Positions 34,506-45,083 of a stretch of 64,000 nt of DNA are shown here, one piece after another. The position numbers and the translations under genes were made by a program. The first letter of the stretch is position 1; each line of letters starts with the position of its first letter. The stretch is from an uncultured cyanobacterium (GTDB lineage Bacteria > Cyanobacteriota > Cyanobacteriia > Cyanobacteriales > CAWUOF01): positions 768,001 through 832,000 of the forward strand of contig CAVUSO010000001.1 in NCBI GenBank assembly GCA_963744145.1, written 5' to 3'. The notes under the pieces were generated by a model. It saw only the letters and a program-made list of their open reading frames with translations, was not told where the DNA came from and made no database searches.

Positions 34506-35739
34506 TCATTTGCCCTCAAGAGTAGGTGATTTTAGCTTTTCTCCTGGTTCTAAAATTAAGTAGCCGTTAACACCTGACGATTCTGGCAGTTCTTTAATTT
34601 TATTCTCAAACTCAGATGGAGTCATTTCCTGGTTTTTTAAAACTTCATACTGTGCTAGATATCCTTCTAAAACTTTACTCCTTGCCATCAGCTTTCTCAA
34701 AGCAGGAATAACCATTTTTTGCTCTTTCTCTAATCCAACACCAATATTCTTATTAAGACCAGATCCTCCATGCATTGGAATCCAATTTTTTGCATACCAA
34801 GCTTCATCAATTTTACCTCTAAATTCATCGATCCAAGTAAATCCTTTTTGTTCTTTGTAGACAAAATCTAACCATTCAACTAACTCCGAAACTGATACAA
34901 GTTTAACAAAGTCACTTGCTAAAAAACGTTCTGGATAATCTGATACCAATATCTTTTGTGCAATTCGGTGAGCTTCTTTTTGCCAAAACAAGTTAGCGTC
35001 ATCTATTTCTTTATAGGCAATATCATACATTCCCAATTCAGCAGTACAGCGAATTTGAGCAAGTGCAGTTAACGAAAAATATTCCTCACTTGCCATTGCT
35101 GTTTCTATAGTACCTGGCTTCTGATAAAACTTCCCGATAACGCATATTTATTGCGGCTAGGGTATTTCTTGAGTTATGCAGCATGGTATGACGGTGCTGG
35201 GAAGCAGTATTAGAATCAATTTTGAGGAGTTCACTAAGTGCAGCTTGGAGCTTTCCCCGTTCAGTGCTTGCTAGAAAATGATTAATAGTTTGTACATCTT
35301 TCTGAATTTCTTTTAATCTATTATCAATAGTGTTTAGTTTTTTGTTCATAGCAGCAAATCCGATCATGCTTACTGCTAAACCCAACCCAGACAAAACTGC
35401 TGTTCCTGTAGCAATCTGAAGAATTTGATAGGTTGTTTGTACCTGGGAATAAATTTGCTTTGACAGTTGTATTAATTGATATTTATTAGCCAGTTCAATA
35501 TTCTTTAATTCGTTTATTTGAAAATTTGCAATAATTCCGGGGATAAAATCAAGACCTGGAATAATATTGAGCAAATTCGTACTAGCCACTGGAATGAGAT
35601 GCCGGACAATTTGACCTGCGTTTTCTGTTCCTGCTGCCCAACGGATCACGCCTCCATAAATTTTGTATTGTTCTGTTATTAGTCCTACTAGAACGTCATA
35701 AGGGATAGTTCTGGCAAGATTCCAATCTGGAAATATCAT
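34506..35739 (-). CDS. Hypothetical TM/coiled-coil protein split by a frameshift at ~35115
   Basis: Two ORFs join as 'LSEA|GTIETAMASEEYF' after removing one base. Confidence 0.7.
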
Positions 35740-35963
35740 AGTAACCTCGGGTTTTTATTATATATCGTAACGTTTACAGAAGCATATACAGAACTTACAG
35801 CAACGTGAAATCAATGGGTTGAGATTGTTTGACGACTTACCGCTACACCAAAGCAAGCTACGCAATAACATCGATATGCTCACATGACATTATATATAGA
35901 ACTTACATTGATGTCAAATTAATAGGCTAAGATTGCTTTATTGCGATCGCGGTGGTAAATCAA

Positions 35964-36220
35964 TCGAAAACTCAGCAAGTGTTGGAACTGGTGAGAGAAA
36001 TAGGACTGTCCCCAAGATTTAGCACTACCGGATTCATCGAGAGTCTCTGTGATGGTTCTTCAAATACCGCCATAAGATTGGTTTGAACGTAGCACTGGAA
36101 GCTCTATGGGAGTGCTGGCGCGATCGCCCGCGCGATTGTCCGATGGACGAACTCTGGCACTATGCCCAAATCTGTCGGGTAAATAATGTCATGCGTCCTT
36201 ACCTGGAGTCGGTCACTAGA
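35964..36220 (+). pseudogene. Internally deleted AbiEi-type (type IV TA) antitoxin
   Basis: 'SKTQQVLELVREIG' then 'FKYRHKIGLNVALEAL..MDELWHYAQICRVNNVMRPYLES'. Confidence 0.7.
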
Positions 36221-36269
36221 ATAAGCTGTATTATTAATATTTCCTATATTTTTCTAAACTAAACCGATC

Positions 36270-36578
36270 GTGACCACAGGTGGAATTCCCAATGAAATTC
36301 CCAGCAATTTAAAAGAACAACTCCTTTTACAAGACGCTAAAGCTGGCAATTGTAGACCCATTCAAGTTGGTACAGATAAATTACTTGGAGATGCACTAAG
36401 ACTAGTAGCTATTTATGGCGGTAATTATGAAGATTGGGATAAAATGACAAGTAACCAAGCCTTTGAAATTAATGGAGCATCTGTACAAGTTCATTGGTTC
36501 CGTAATAGTCAAACCCTTCAAGATATTGAATTCAAATTCAAACGTCAGTATCCAAAAACAGCCCCTAAAAATTTGTAG
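36270..36578 (+). CDS. Hypothetical protein, toxin-domain-like
   Basis: 'RLVAIYGG..EDWDK...QVHWFRN...EFKFK'. Confidence 0.55.
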   Translation: MTTGGIPNEIPSNLKEQLLLQDAKAGNCRPIQVGTDKLLGDALRLVAIYGGNYEDWDKMTSNQAFEINGASVQVHWFRNSQTLQDIEFKFKRQYPKTAPKNL

Positions 36579-36589
36579 GGAATTTAATT

Positions 36590-37093
36590 ATGAAAATTCG
36601 TTGTATTGCCAATACTGGAGCAGCGCTTCCCGATCGCTACCTCGATTCAAGAAGAGGTTACAAAAAAGAAACCGAATTTCCGCTAACAGTTGGAAAGGAT
36701 TATATTGTTTACACTTTCTCAGTCAAATTGGGGCAAGTTTGGTATTATATCTGTGAGGATAACTATATGTATTATCCGATGCGAAGTCCTGCACCGTTAT
36801 TTGAGGTAGTTGATAACAAAATGTCTATTTATTGGAGGTTTAAACTTTCTCCTACTGGGTTGTTAGAAGTTGCCTTTGAACAGTGGATATCTGATCCTTA
36901 TTTTTACGATAAACTAACAGATCAAAAAGAAGAAGAAGTTTTAATTTTTGAGAAAATTAAAGAACTAATAGATGCAGAAGATATTTCTGGTCAAGCTCAA
37001 TTTTGGGAATTAAATAAGTCTAAATCAAATCGGCTCATCCCCAAAATAGAAGATCATCTTATGCGATCACATTTCTCTACAAACGCACCCTGA
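36590..37093 (+). CDS. Hypothetical protein, immunity-like
   Basis: Starts 11 nt after the previous gene; 'MKIRCI...LTVGKDYIVY'; aromatic and acidic composition. Confidence 0.6.
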   Translation: MKIRCIANTGAALPDRYLDSRRGYKKETEFPLTVGKDYIVYTFSVKLGQVWYYICEDNYMYYPMRSPAPLFEVVDNKMSIYWRFKLSPTGLLEVAFEQWISDPYFYDKLTDQKEEEVLIFEKIKELIDAEDISGQAQFWELNKSKSNRLIPKIEDHLMRSHFSTNAP

Positions 37094-37147
37094 AATAAGA
37101 AATATCTCTCTCGACCATTACCCACTAAATATACTTGTTTTTTTTGC

Positions 37148-37630
37148 TCAATTAGAACTCTCTGGTAATTGATTAGGTTGAAAAACTAGGATTGATTTAT
37201 CATCAGTATCTATAACCCAACCTAACTGTGTTCCGTGTTTAATAGAGAAAAGAATTTTGTTAATTATCTTAGTAGTAGATTGCTCTGGTGATAAAATTTC
37301 AATTATCCAATCTGGGGCAATTTCGACTTTATTAGCAATTTCTCCATTTGGGTCAATCGGAATCCGTGACCATTCAAATACTGCAAGATCGGGCACAATT
37401 GAAAGCCCCCCAAATGTACAACGTAATTCGGTAAAAGCACGAGCTAATTTTTGAGGTCTTCCAATTTGATTTATCGCAGGTGCTAAATCAGTTTGAATTA
37501 TACTATGTTTTCCTTGAGGCATCGGTTTTTGATAAATTTCTCCATCAATGTACTCACTAGCGGGTTTGGTTTCTGGTAATTGCAAAAACTCAGCTAAAGA
37601 TATCTGTGATTTATTTATTGATAAGACCAT
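37148..37630 (-). pseudogene. Uma2 endonuclease, C-terminally truncated
   Basis: Near-identical to 38434..38997 but lacks its last ~27 aa. Confidence 0.8.
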
Positions 37631-37645
37631 GTTTAGTACCTCTGA

Positions 37646-38209
37646 TTAAGTTAAATACAGACATTGAAATAAACTATTCACTGAAATTTGCCAATCACCT
37701 AATACATCTAAGCCTGTTAAAATTTCATCACCTGATTTAACAATCGGGGCGCGATCGCGTTCAAAAACTATCACAGATTCATCATCAGGATTCATAAACC
37801 AACCTAATTTTGTACCATGATTTAAACAAAAAGTAATTTTCTTAATTACCCGACTAGCAGATTGTTCAGGAGAGAGAATTTCAATTGTCCAATCGGGCGC
37901 AATTTCAAAGCGATCGGCAATTCTTCCTTTCTGATCTTTAGGAATACGCGACCATTCAAATACTGTCACATCGGGCACAACTGAACCACCACCAAAAGTG
38001 CAGCGTAATTCAGGAAAAGCACAAACTAATTTTTGAGGTTCACCTACTTGCGAAATTACATCTAATAAATATTTTTGTAATCGACTGTGTTTTCCTTGGG
38101 GCATAGGTTTTTGATAAATATCTCCGTCAATATAATCGCTAGCAGGTTCAGTTTCTGACAATGACAAAAACTCTTGTAATGAAATTTTCTGAGATGATTG
38201 AACTATCAT
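37646..38209 (-). CDS. Uma2 endonuclease (MIVQ-type)
   Basis: 'QKPMPQGKHS', 'PELRCTFG', 'APDWTIEILSP'. Confidence 0.9.
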   Translation of the reverse strand: MIVQSSQKISLQEFLSLSETEPASDYIDGDIYQKPMPQGKHSRLQKYLLDVISQVGEPQKLVCAFPELRCTFGGGSVVPDVTVFEWSRIPKDQKGRIADRFEIAPDWTIEILSPEQSASRVIKKITFCLNHGTKLGWFMNPDDESVIVFERDRAPIVKSGDEILTGLDVLGDWQISVNSLFQCLYLT

Positions 38210-38360
38210 AAGTCCTCCTGAAATCAACCTAACGAACAAATTATCTGTGGTTATTGTGATTAGTTCTGCTCTTTGGTTTTCATAGATAATAGCACATCTT
38301 CAGGCTGTAAAGGTGAAGGAGGTTGAGAAATACCTGGGAAGAATCATCTTCAAAAAACAA
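38206..38360 (-). pseudogene. Helicase 3' remnant
   Basis: Patchwork match to 40822-40868, 41163-41178 and 41329-41352, plus extra sequence shared with 44941-45025. Confidence 0.75.
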
Positions 38361-38433
38361 CCGCACGCTCTCGCGTTCACCCCTACAATTAACTGAACTG
38401 TATTGAAATATGGATGGGATTGACAGAATTTAT

Positions 38434-38997
38434 TTAAAAAATCAACCAGGAAAATATATCTGCTGCTGAAATTTGCCAGCTTGCTAATACATCTAGCACA
38501 GGTAAAATATCTGTATTAGATTTACTTTCTGGTAATTGATTAGGTTGAAAAACTAGGATTGATTTATCATCAGTATCCATAACCCAACCTAACCGTGTTC
38601 CGTGTTTAATAGAGAACAGAATTTTGTTAATTATCTTAGTAGTAGATTGCTCTGGTGATAAAATTTCAATTATCCAATCTGGGGCAATTTCGACTTTATT
38701 AGCAATTTCTCCATTTGGGTCAATCGGAATCCGTGACCATTCAAATACTGCAAGATCGGGCACAATTGAACGCCCCCCAAATGTACAACGTAATTCGGTA
38801 AAAGCACGAGCTAATTTTTGAGGTCTTCCAATTTGATTTATCGCAGGTGCTAAATCAGTTTGAATTATACTATGTTTTCCTTGAGGTATCGGTTTTTGAT
38901 AAATTTCTCCATCAATGTACTCACTAGCAGGTTTGGTTTCTGGCAATTGCAAAAACTCAGCTAAAGATATCTGTGATTTATTGATTGATAATACCAT
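38434..38997 (-). CDS. Uma2 endonuclease (MVLS-type)
   Basis: Uma2 motifs, full length. Confidence 0.9.
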   Translation of the reverse strand: MVLSINKSQISLAEFLQLPETKPASEYIDGEIYQKPIPQGKHSIIQTDLAPAINQIGRPQKLARAFTELRCTFGGRSIVPDLAVFEWSRIPIDPNGEIANKVEIAPDWIIEILSPEQSTTKIINKILFSIKHGTRLGWVMDTDDKSILVFQPNQLPESKSNTDILPVLDVLASWQISAADIFSWLIF

Positions 38998-39012
38998 ATT
39001 TAGTACCTCTGA

Positions 39013-39579
39013 TTAAGTTAAATAGAGACATTGAAATAAACTATTCACTGAAACTTGCCAATCACCTAATACATCTAATCCTGTTAAAATTTCATCACCT
39101 GATTTAACGACAGGATGGCGATCGCGTTCAAAAATTATCACAGATTCATCATCAGGATTCATAAACCAACCTAATTTTGTACCATAATTTAAACAAAAAG
39201 TAATTTTCTTAATTACCCGACTAGCAGATTGTTCAGGAGAGAGAATTTCAATTGTCCAATCTGGGGCAATTTCAAAACGATTAACTGTTCTACCATTAGC
39301 TAAACGAGGAATACGCGACCATTCAAATACTGTCACATCGGGCACAACTGAACTACCCCCAAAAGTACAGCGTAATTCAGGAAAGGCATAAGCTAATTTT
39401 TGCGGTTTAGCTATCTGATTAATAGCTGATACTAGCTCACCTTGGATTATACTGTGTTCTCCTTGAGGCATAGGTTTTTGATAAATATCTCCATCAATGT
39501 AATCGCTAGCGGGTTCGGTTTCTGGTAATTGCAAAAACTCAGCTAAAGACATCTGCGATTTATTGATCGATAATACCAT
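39013..39579 (-). CDS. Uma2 endonuclease (MVLS N-terminus, MIVQ-type body)
   Basis: Uma2 motifs; mosaic of neighbouring copies. Confidence 0.9.
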   Translation of the reverse strand: MVLSINKSQMSLAEFLQLPETEPASDYIDGDIYQKPMPQGEHSIIQGELVSAINQIAKPQKLAYAFPELRCTFGGSSVVPDVTVFEWSRIPRLANGRTVNRFEIAPDWTIEILSPEQSASRVIKKITFCLNYGTKLGWFMNPDDESVIIFERDRHPVVKSGDEILTGLDVLGDWQVSVNSLFQCLYLT

Positions 39580-39594
39580 ATTTAGTACCTCTGA

Positions 39595-40161
39595 TTAAGT
39601 TAAATAGAGACATTGAAATAAACTATTCACTGAAACTTGCCAATCACCTAATAGCTCTAAACCTGTTAAAATATCATCACCAGATTTGACAACCGGATGG
39701 CGATCGCGTTCAAAAACTGTCACAGATTCATCATCAGGATTCATAAACCAACCTAATTTTGTACCATGATTTAAACAAAAAGTAATTTTCTTAATTACCC
39801 GACTAGCAGATTGTTCAGGAGAGAGAATTTCAATTGTCCAATCGGGCGCAATTTCAAAGCGATTAGCTATTCTACCATTAGCTAAACGAGGAATACGCGA
39901 CCATTCAAATACTGTCACATCGGGCACAACCGAACCACCACCAAAAGTACAGCGTAACTCAGGAAAAGCACAAACTAATTTTTGAGGTTCACCTACTTGC
40001 GAAATTACATCTAATAAATATTTTTGTAATCGACTATGTTGTCCTTGTGGCATAGGTTTTTGATGAATTTCTCCGTCATCAATATAATCGCTAGCAGGTT
40101 CGGTTTCTGGCAATGACAAAAACTCTTGTAATGAAATTTTCTGAGATGATTGAACTATCAT
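39595..40161 (-). CDS. Uma2 endonuclease (MIVQ-type)
   Basis: Uma2 motifs; ATG follows GGAGG. Confidence 0.9.
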   Translation of the reverse strand: MIVQSSQKISLQEFLSLPETEPASDYIDDGEIHQKPMPQGQHSRLQKYLLDVISQVGEPQKLVCAFPELRCTFGGGSVVPDVTVFEWSRIPRLANGRIANRFEIAPDWTIEILSPEQSASRVIKKITFCLNHGTKLGWFMNPDDESVTVFERDRHPVVKSGDDILTGLELLGDWQVSVNSLFQCLYLT

Positions 40162-40261
40162 AAGTCCTCCTAAAATAAACCTAACGAACAAATTATCTGT
40201 GGTTCCCGCTTTTGTCCTTCTACGATTTATTGATCGATAATACCATATTTAGTACCTCTGA

Positions 40262-40825
40262 TTAAGTTAAATACAGACATTGAAATAAACTATTCACTGA
40301 AACTTGCCAATCACCTAATACATCTAATCCTGTTAAAATTTCATCACCTGATTTAACAACCGGAGCGCGATCGCTTTCAAAAATTATCACAGATTCATCA
40401 TCAGGATTCATAAACCAACCTAATTTTGTCCCATGATTTAAACAAAAAGTAATTTTCTTAATTACCCGACTAGCAGATTGTTCAGGAGAGAGAATTTCAA
40501 TTGTCCAATCGGGCGCAATTTCAAAGCGATCGGCGATTCTTCCTTTCTGATCTTTAGGAATACGTGACCATTCAAATACTGTCAAATCGGGTACAACTGA
40601 ACCACCACCAAAAGTACAGCGTAATTCAGGAAAAGCATAAGCTAATTTTTGAGAGTTACCAACTGAATTAATCTTAGTTCCTAAATTCATTTGCAAAATG
40701 CTATGTTTTCCCTGGGGCATAGGTTTTTGATAAATTTCTCCGTCAATGTAATCGCTAGCAGGTTCGGTTTCTGGCAATGACAAAAACTCTGGTAATGAAA
40801 TTTTCTGAGATGATTGAACTATCAT
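40262..40825 (-). CDS. Uma2 endonuclease (MIVQ-type)
   Basis: ATGA overlap with the helicase stop codon. Confidence 0.9.
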   Translation of the reverse strand: MIVQSSQKISLPEFLSLPETEPASDYIDGEIYQKPMPQGKHSILQMNLGTKINSVGNSQKLAYAFPELRCTFGGGSVVPDLTVFEWSRIPKDQKGRIADRFEIAPDWTIEILSPEQSASRVIKKITFCLNHGTKLGWFMNPDDESVIIFESDRAPVVKSGDEILTGLDVLGDWQVSVNSLFQCLYLT

Positions 40826-43515
40826 AAGTCCTCCTGAAATAAACCTAAAGAACACATTATCTGTGGTTCCCGCTTTTGGGCTTCTTCACTGATAATACAC
40901 AAGCGATCGTCCATCCGCAAAGCGACAACTAATTCTGCTAAGTGTAGATCACTAATGCCACTTTTTAATTGACGGTTTATCGTATCGATCGCTGATTGTC
41001 GTAAGGGATAGCGATAAATTTCGTCAATCGCTTTTAATAATTCTTCAGATATAAATATAGTACCCTTCATCTCTTGAGCATAACGCTTAAGCCGTTCATA
41101 AGTGCGAAATCTTGCCCCAGAAGGTCGTCCTAATTGACCACCAGCATGATTCTCTTCCTCTGCGATTAGTTCCGCTCCTTTTTTAACTAATTCATGGTGT
41201 TGATCGTTTCTAGGAATCGCGGGAGTATCTTCTTCACAAGCAGCCATTCGTAGCACTGCTAACTGTGATTGAGTAACACTATTACCATGACGATCGATCC
41301 ATGCTAGGGAATCATTACCCTCAGTTGTTTTCATATATAATAGCACCCCTTCTGTCAATTTTTCATCTCGTTCTGGTTTCCAGTCACCGCAGGTTTTCAA
41401 CACCTCGATTAATGCTTTAGCATCCGCTTGTAAATCACGCTTGAGAATTTTTAGATCAAATAGGGTAGAATGCAGCCACTTAAACCGCTTTTGATAACGA
41501 GTTTGATATTCTTGATAAACTAATTCAGCTCGCTGACGAAAACTATCTTCTGGCTGTAATATCTGCTCTTTAACATCAGCAACTGATTCCTCTCCATCTT
41601 CTATTTCCAAATCAAATAATGTGGCAGCGATCGCATCTGGATCTTCATCATTATTATTGGTATCTAATAACTCTGCATCTTGGGTGCCAATCGGAATATC
41701 TAACTGATTTTCAATTGCATATAAATAGATAAAGTTCCGCAGAATATGGCGTTTAATGGATTGAATAAAAGTCACACCACTGCTTTCGAGACGTTTAAAT
41801 ATATTTGTGCGTGAAAATCCCATTAACCGTCTTCCACCACGAAATAAGCTATTAAGTTGGTGTTGTTCAGTTTCAGTAGGTGGTTGTTTATGCTTTGTAG
41901 CAATGTAATTACCTAACCCATAACGAGGCAAATTTAGTGCATTAATGACTTCTACTACTGACTCAGAATAAAGCTGAGAGTAAGCATCAATATTACTACT
42001 ATTCAAATTAAACTTAACCGTTCTTGGTAAGCGATCGGGAAAATAAGATTGACTACCATTGGCAAATTTTAGATATTTCCGACCAACTGCATCAGTCTCA
42101 GCATAGTTATCTTTAATAAACGAACGAGTACGTCTCACCATGTATCGTTTCATTAACTCTCGCCAATCATCAGGATGTTCACTTTTTTCAAAAGCTGCTA
42201 GCGATCGCACCGAGCATTGATGTTTTCTAATAAACTCTAATTCTCCATCAGCACCTCCTCCTAACTGATTGATTAATCCTTCTGGTCTAACCCCTAAATC
42301 CTGATCTTCTGGTACAAATAACCGCAATTGAGCAGAAAGATCGAGATAAGTTTTATTATAAGGAGTAGCAGATAGCAGAATACATTTACTTTCATTCGCA
42401 GCAATATATTCCTGAATCGCTCGATATCTTTTCCCGTCCCGATTACGCAAGTTATGACTTTCATCTATTAGTACAATGCGGTAACGACGTAAATCAGGCA
42501 AATGATTCTGCACTTTACTAATTGACATCACCTTCGCATATAGACGGTAATTATCTACATATTCCTGCCACATTTTTACTAAGTTTTTTGGACAGATAAT
42601 TAGAGTTTCTAATAAACAGTCTTCTTGTAAAATTTTAGCCAGTGCAGTTCCAACCAACGTTTTACCTAAACCAACCACATCACCCACTAACACCCCACCG
42701 CGTCTAGTCACATGACGAGCAGCTAATTGCACAGCAGCTTTTTGGAAGTCGAATAAATTGTTAAATTCGCGAGGAATCCGAAACTCAGAAAGTCCAGCGA
42801 TCGCTTCGTGAGACAAATGATAAGCAATCTTTAAATATATGTGATAAGGTGGAATTAATTCTTCCCTAGCCCAACTTTGATCAATTATTTCTGCTAGTTC
42901 CTTAGAAATATCTACACAACCATAATCTTGCCAGCGATCGTTAAACCACTTGTGCAATTTATCACCAGCATCATGGTCAAGAATATCAACATTCAATTCA
43001 CCTTGTTTAGCCAATCCAGGTAAAGTTAAATTACTACTACCCAAAAAACCGACAATGGGAGTATTAGGATCATTACGGTGAATTAAATATAACTTAGCAT
43101 GAAGAGGATAGCGCAGAAACAATTTAATAATTACCTTCTGAGTTTTTAACTGATTACTCAACCGTCTCAATCCAGCTTCATCTTGATTAGTGGGCGCACC
43201 AATTATTAATTGCTGACGAAATTCAGCAGCTATTCTTTTTTTTAAACGGAGAATAGCACTATTATCAATCCGCTGTTCACCACCAGCAAGAGTAAAAGCT
43301 GCATAAACTTCATCACTAGGTAAACTTTGCATTCCCACCAATAGACGACAGCAAGCACTTTCTCCACCCACATACTGTTCAACCAATCCGTCAATTTTTT
43401 GCCAACCTCTGAGATTAAAGTAACCAACACAAAAATCAGCCCGATAAGAAACTTTCAATGTCTCTCGTAAACTCGGTAGCAGAGATAAATTAATGTTGTC
43501 AAATATCCGTGGCAT
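40822..43515 (-). CDS. PLD-nuclease + SNF2-type helicase fusion, apparently lacking the Helicase_C domain
   Basis: 'LHAKLYL..GSSNLT...GELN'; Walker A 'DVVGLGKT', 'IDESHN', 'SATP'; no motif IV-VI region. Confidence 0.85.
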   Translation of the reverse strand: MPRIFDNINLSLLPSLRETLKVSYRADFCVGYFNLRGWQKIDGLVEQYVGGESACCRLLVGMQSLPSDEVYAAFTLAGGEQRIDNSAILRLKKRIAAEFRQQLIIGAPTNQDEAGLRRLSNQLKTQKVIIKLFLRYPLHAKLYLIHRNDPNTPIVGFLGSSNLTLPGLAKQGELNVDILDHDAGDKLHKWFNDRWQDYGCVDISKELAEIIDQSWAREELIPPYHIYLKIAYHLSHEAIAGLSEFRIPREFNNLFDFQKAAVQLAARHVTRRGGVLVGDVVGLGKTLVGTALAKILQEDCLLETLIICPKNLVKMWQEYVDNYRLYAKVMSISKVQNHLPDLRRYRIVLIDESHNLRNRDGKRYRAIQEYIAANESKCILLSATPYNKTYLDLSAQLRLFVPEDQDLGVRPEGLINQLGGGADGELEFIRKHQCSVRSLAAFEKSEHPDDWRELMKRYMVRRTRSFIKDNYAETDAVGRKYLKFANGSQSYFPDRLPRTVKFNLNSSNIDAYSQLYSESVVEVINALNLPRYGLGNYIATKHKQPPTETEQHQLNSLFRGGRRLMGFSRTNIFKRLESSGVTFIQSIKRHILRNFIYLYAIENQLDIPIGTQDAELLDTNNNDEDPDAIAATLFDLEIEDGEESVADVKEQILQPEDSFRQRAELVYQEYQTRYQKRFKWLHSTLFDLKILKRDLQADAKALIEVLKTCGDWKPERDEKLTEGVLLYMKTTEGNDSLAWIDRHGNSVTQSQLAVLRMAACEEDTPAIPRNDQHHELVKKGAELIAEEENHAGGQLGRPSGARFRTYERLKRYAQEMKGTIFISEELLKAIDEIYRYPLRQSAIDTINRQLKSGISDLHLAELVVALRMDDRLCIISEEAQKREPQIMCSLGLFQEDL

Positions 43516-43606
43516 TTTTTCTATCCCTTACAAGCTGCATCCTGCGTGTCCTTTTGGCAATTTTCCTAAATTATACTTTAACGCTAAGTGATGGAAAATG
43601 ATCACG

Positions 43607-44040
43607 ATGTATTGCCAATATTGGATCAGCTCTTCCCGATCGCTACCTCGATCTAAGACGGGGTTACAAAAAAAAGAAACCGAATTTCCTCGCAACATTT
43701 GGAAAGGATTATATTGTTTACACTTTCTTGGTCAAATTGGGGCAAGTTTGGGATTAGAGCTGTAAAGAAGAAGAAGTTTTAATTTTTGAGAAAGTTAAAG
43801 AACTAATAGATGCAGAAGATATTTCTGGTCTAATCCGGTTCAGTTAAGAATGTTTTGGGAGATATCGGCAAAGAAGGGCGAAGCATTCGGATATAATATT
43901 AACGGACTTGAGCAATAAATGATCGCCCGAATGCTTCGCCCCTACAGTTAATCGCATTCCTCTACAAATGCACCATGAAATAAGAAATATCTCTCTCGAC
44001 CATTAACCACTAAATATATTTGGTCTTTTTACTCAATTAG
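43607..44040 (+). pseudogene. Degraded copy of 36590..37093 interrupted by a MITE
   Basis: Matches 36602-36742, 36925-36992 and 37065-37155. Confidence 0.85.
43832..43951. repeat. REP-containing MITE copy
   Basis: CGGTTCAGTTAAG...GGGCGAAGCATTCGG...CCGAATGCTTCGCCCCTACAGTTAA. Confidence 0.85.
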
Positions 44041-44044
44041 ATCT

Positions 44045-44297
44045 CAATACGGTTCAGTTAATAATATTTTGAGCGATATCGGCGAAGAAGGGTGAAGCAT
44101 TCGGATCTAATATTAACGCCCTTCGACTACGCCCTTCGACTCCCCCTTCGACTACCCTTCGACTACGCCCTTCGACTCCGCTCAGGGTAAACTCAGGGCA
44201 AGCGCTCAGGGCAAGGCTCAGGGAGCACTCAGGGTAAAATTTAAGTTATAACTTATCGCCCGAATGCTTCACCCCTACAATTCACTGAACTGGATGG
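44045..44297. mobile_element. REP-containing MITE carrying the nested 24-nt array
   Basis: CAATACGGTTCAGTTAA...CCCCTACAATTCACTGAAC. Confidence 0.85.
44119..44238 (+). repeat. Five nested copies of a 24-nt element
   Basis: 5x CCCTTCGACT followed by 5x CTCAGGG; 120 nt in total. Confidence 0.9.
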
Positions 44298-44309
44298 AAA
44301 TATAAATGA

Positions 44310-44873
44310 TTAAGTTAAATATAGACATTGAAATAAACTATTCACTGCTACTTGCCAATCACCTAATACATCTAAGCCTGTTAAAATTTCATCACCTGAT
44401 TTAACAATCGGAGGGCGATCGCGTTCAAAAACTATCACAGATTCATCATCAGGATTCATAAACCAACCTAATTTTGTACCATGATTTAAACAAAAGGTAA
44501 TTTTCTTAATTACCCGACTAGCAGATTGTTCAGGAGAGAGAATTTCAATTGTCCAATCCGGCGCAATTTCAAAGCGATCGGCAATTCTTCCTTTCTGATC
44601 TTTGGGAATACGCGACCATTCAAATACTGTCACATCGGGCACAACTGAACCACCACCAAAAGTACAGCGTAATTCAGGAAAAGCATAAGCTAATTTTTGA
44701 GAGTTACCAACTGCATTAATCTTAGTTCCTAAATTCATTTGCAAAATGCTATGTTTTCCTTGGGGCATAGGTTTTTGATAAATATCTCCATCAATGTAAT
44801 CGCTAGCAGGTTCAGTTTCTGGCAATGACAAAAACTCTGGTAATGAAATTTTCTGAGATGATTGAACTATCAT
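44310..44873 (-). CDS. Uma2 endonuclease (MIVQ-type)
   Basis: Near-identical to 40262..40825. Confidence 0.9.
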   Translation of the reverse strand: MIVQSSQKISLPEFLSLPETEPASDYIDGDIYQKPMPQGKHSILQMNLGTKINAVGNSQKLAYAFPELRCTFGGGSVVPDVTVFEWSRIPKDQKGRIADRFEIAPDWTIEILSPEQSASRVIKKITFCLNHGTKLGWFMNPDDESVIVFERDRPPIVKSGDEILTGLDVLGDWQVAVNSLFQCLYLT

Positions 44874-45083
44874 AAGTCCTCCTGAAATCAACCTAACAAA
44901 CAAATTATCTGTGGTTACTCTGATTAGTTCTGCTCTTTGGTTTTCATAGATAATAGCACGTCTTCAGGCTGTAAAGGTGAAGGAGGTTGAGAAGTACCTG
45001 GGAAGAATCATCTTCAAAAAACATCTCACCAGTTCCGACTACTTCAGCATTTTCTTGTAACCGTTGCTGAAAACGCGATCGCT
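44870..45083 (-). pseudogene. Helicase C-terminal remnant
   Basis: Encodes 'QQRLQENAEVVGTGEMFFEDD' plus pieces matching the 3' end of 40822..43515. Confidence 0.75.

Noticed and set aside
37148..44903. Diversity-generating retroelement or shufflon as the cause of Uma2 variation
   Set aside because: No reverse transcriptase or recombinase in the window, differences are block-wise rather than adenine-specific, and all copies share one orientation.
38210..44903. 'MFVRLISGGL' N-terminal extensions on Uma2 ORFs
   Set aside because: This is the helicase 3' tail read in another frame; the true start is the ATG after GGAGG.
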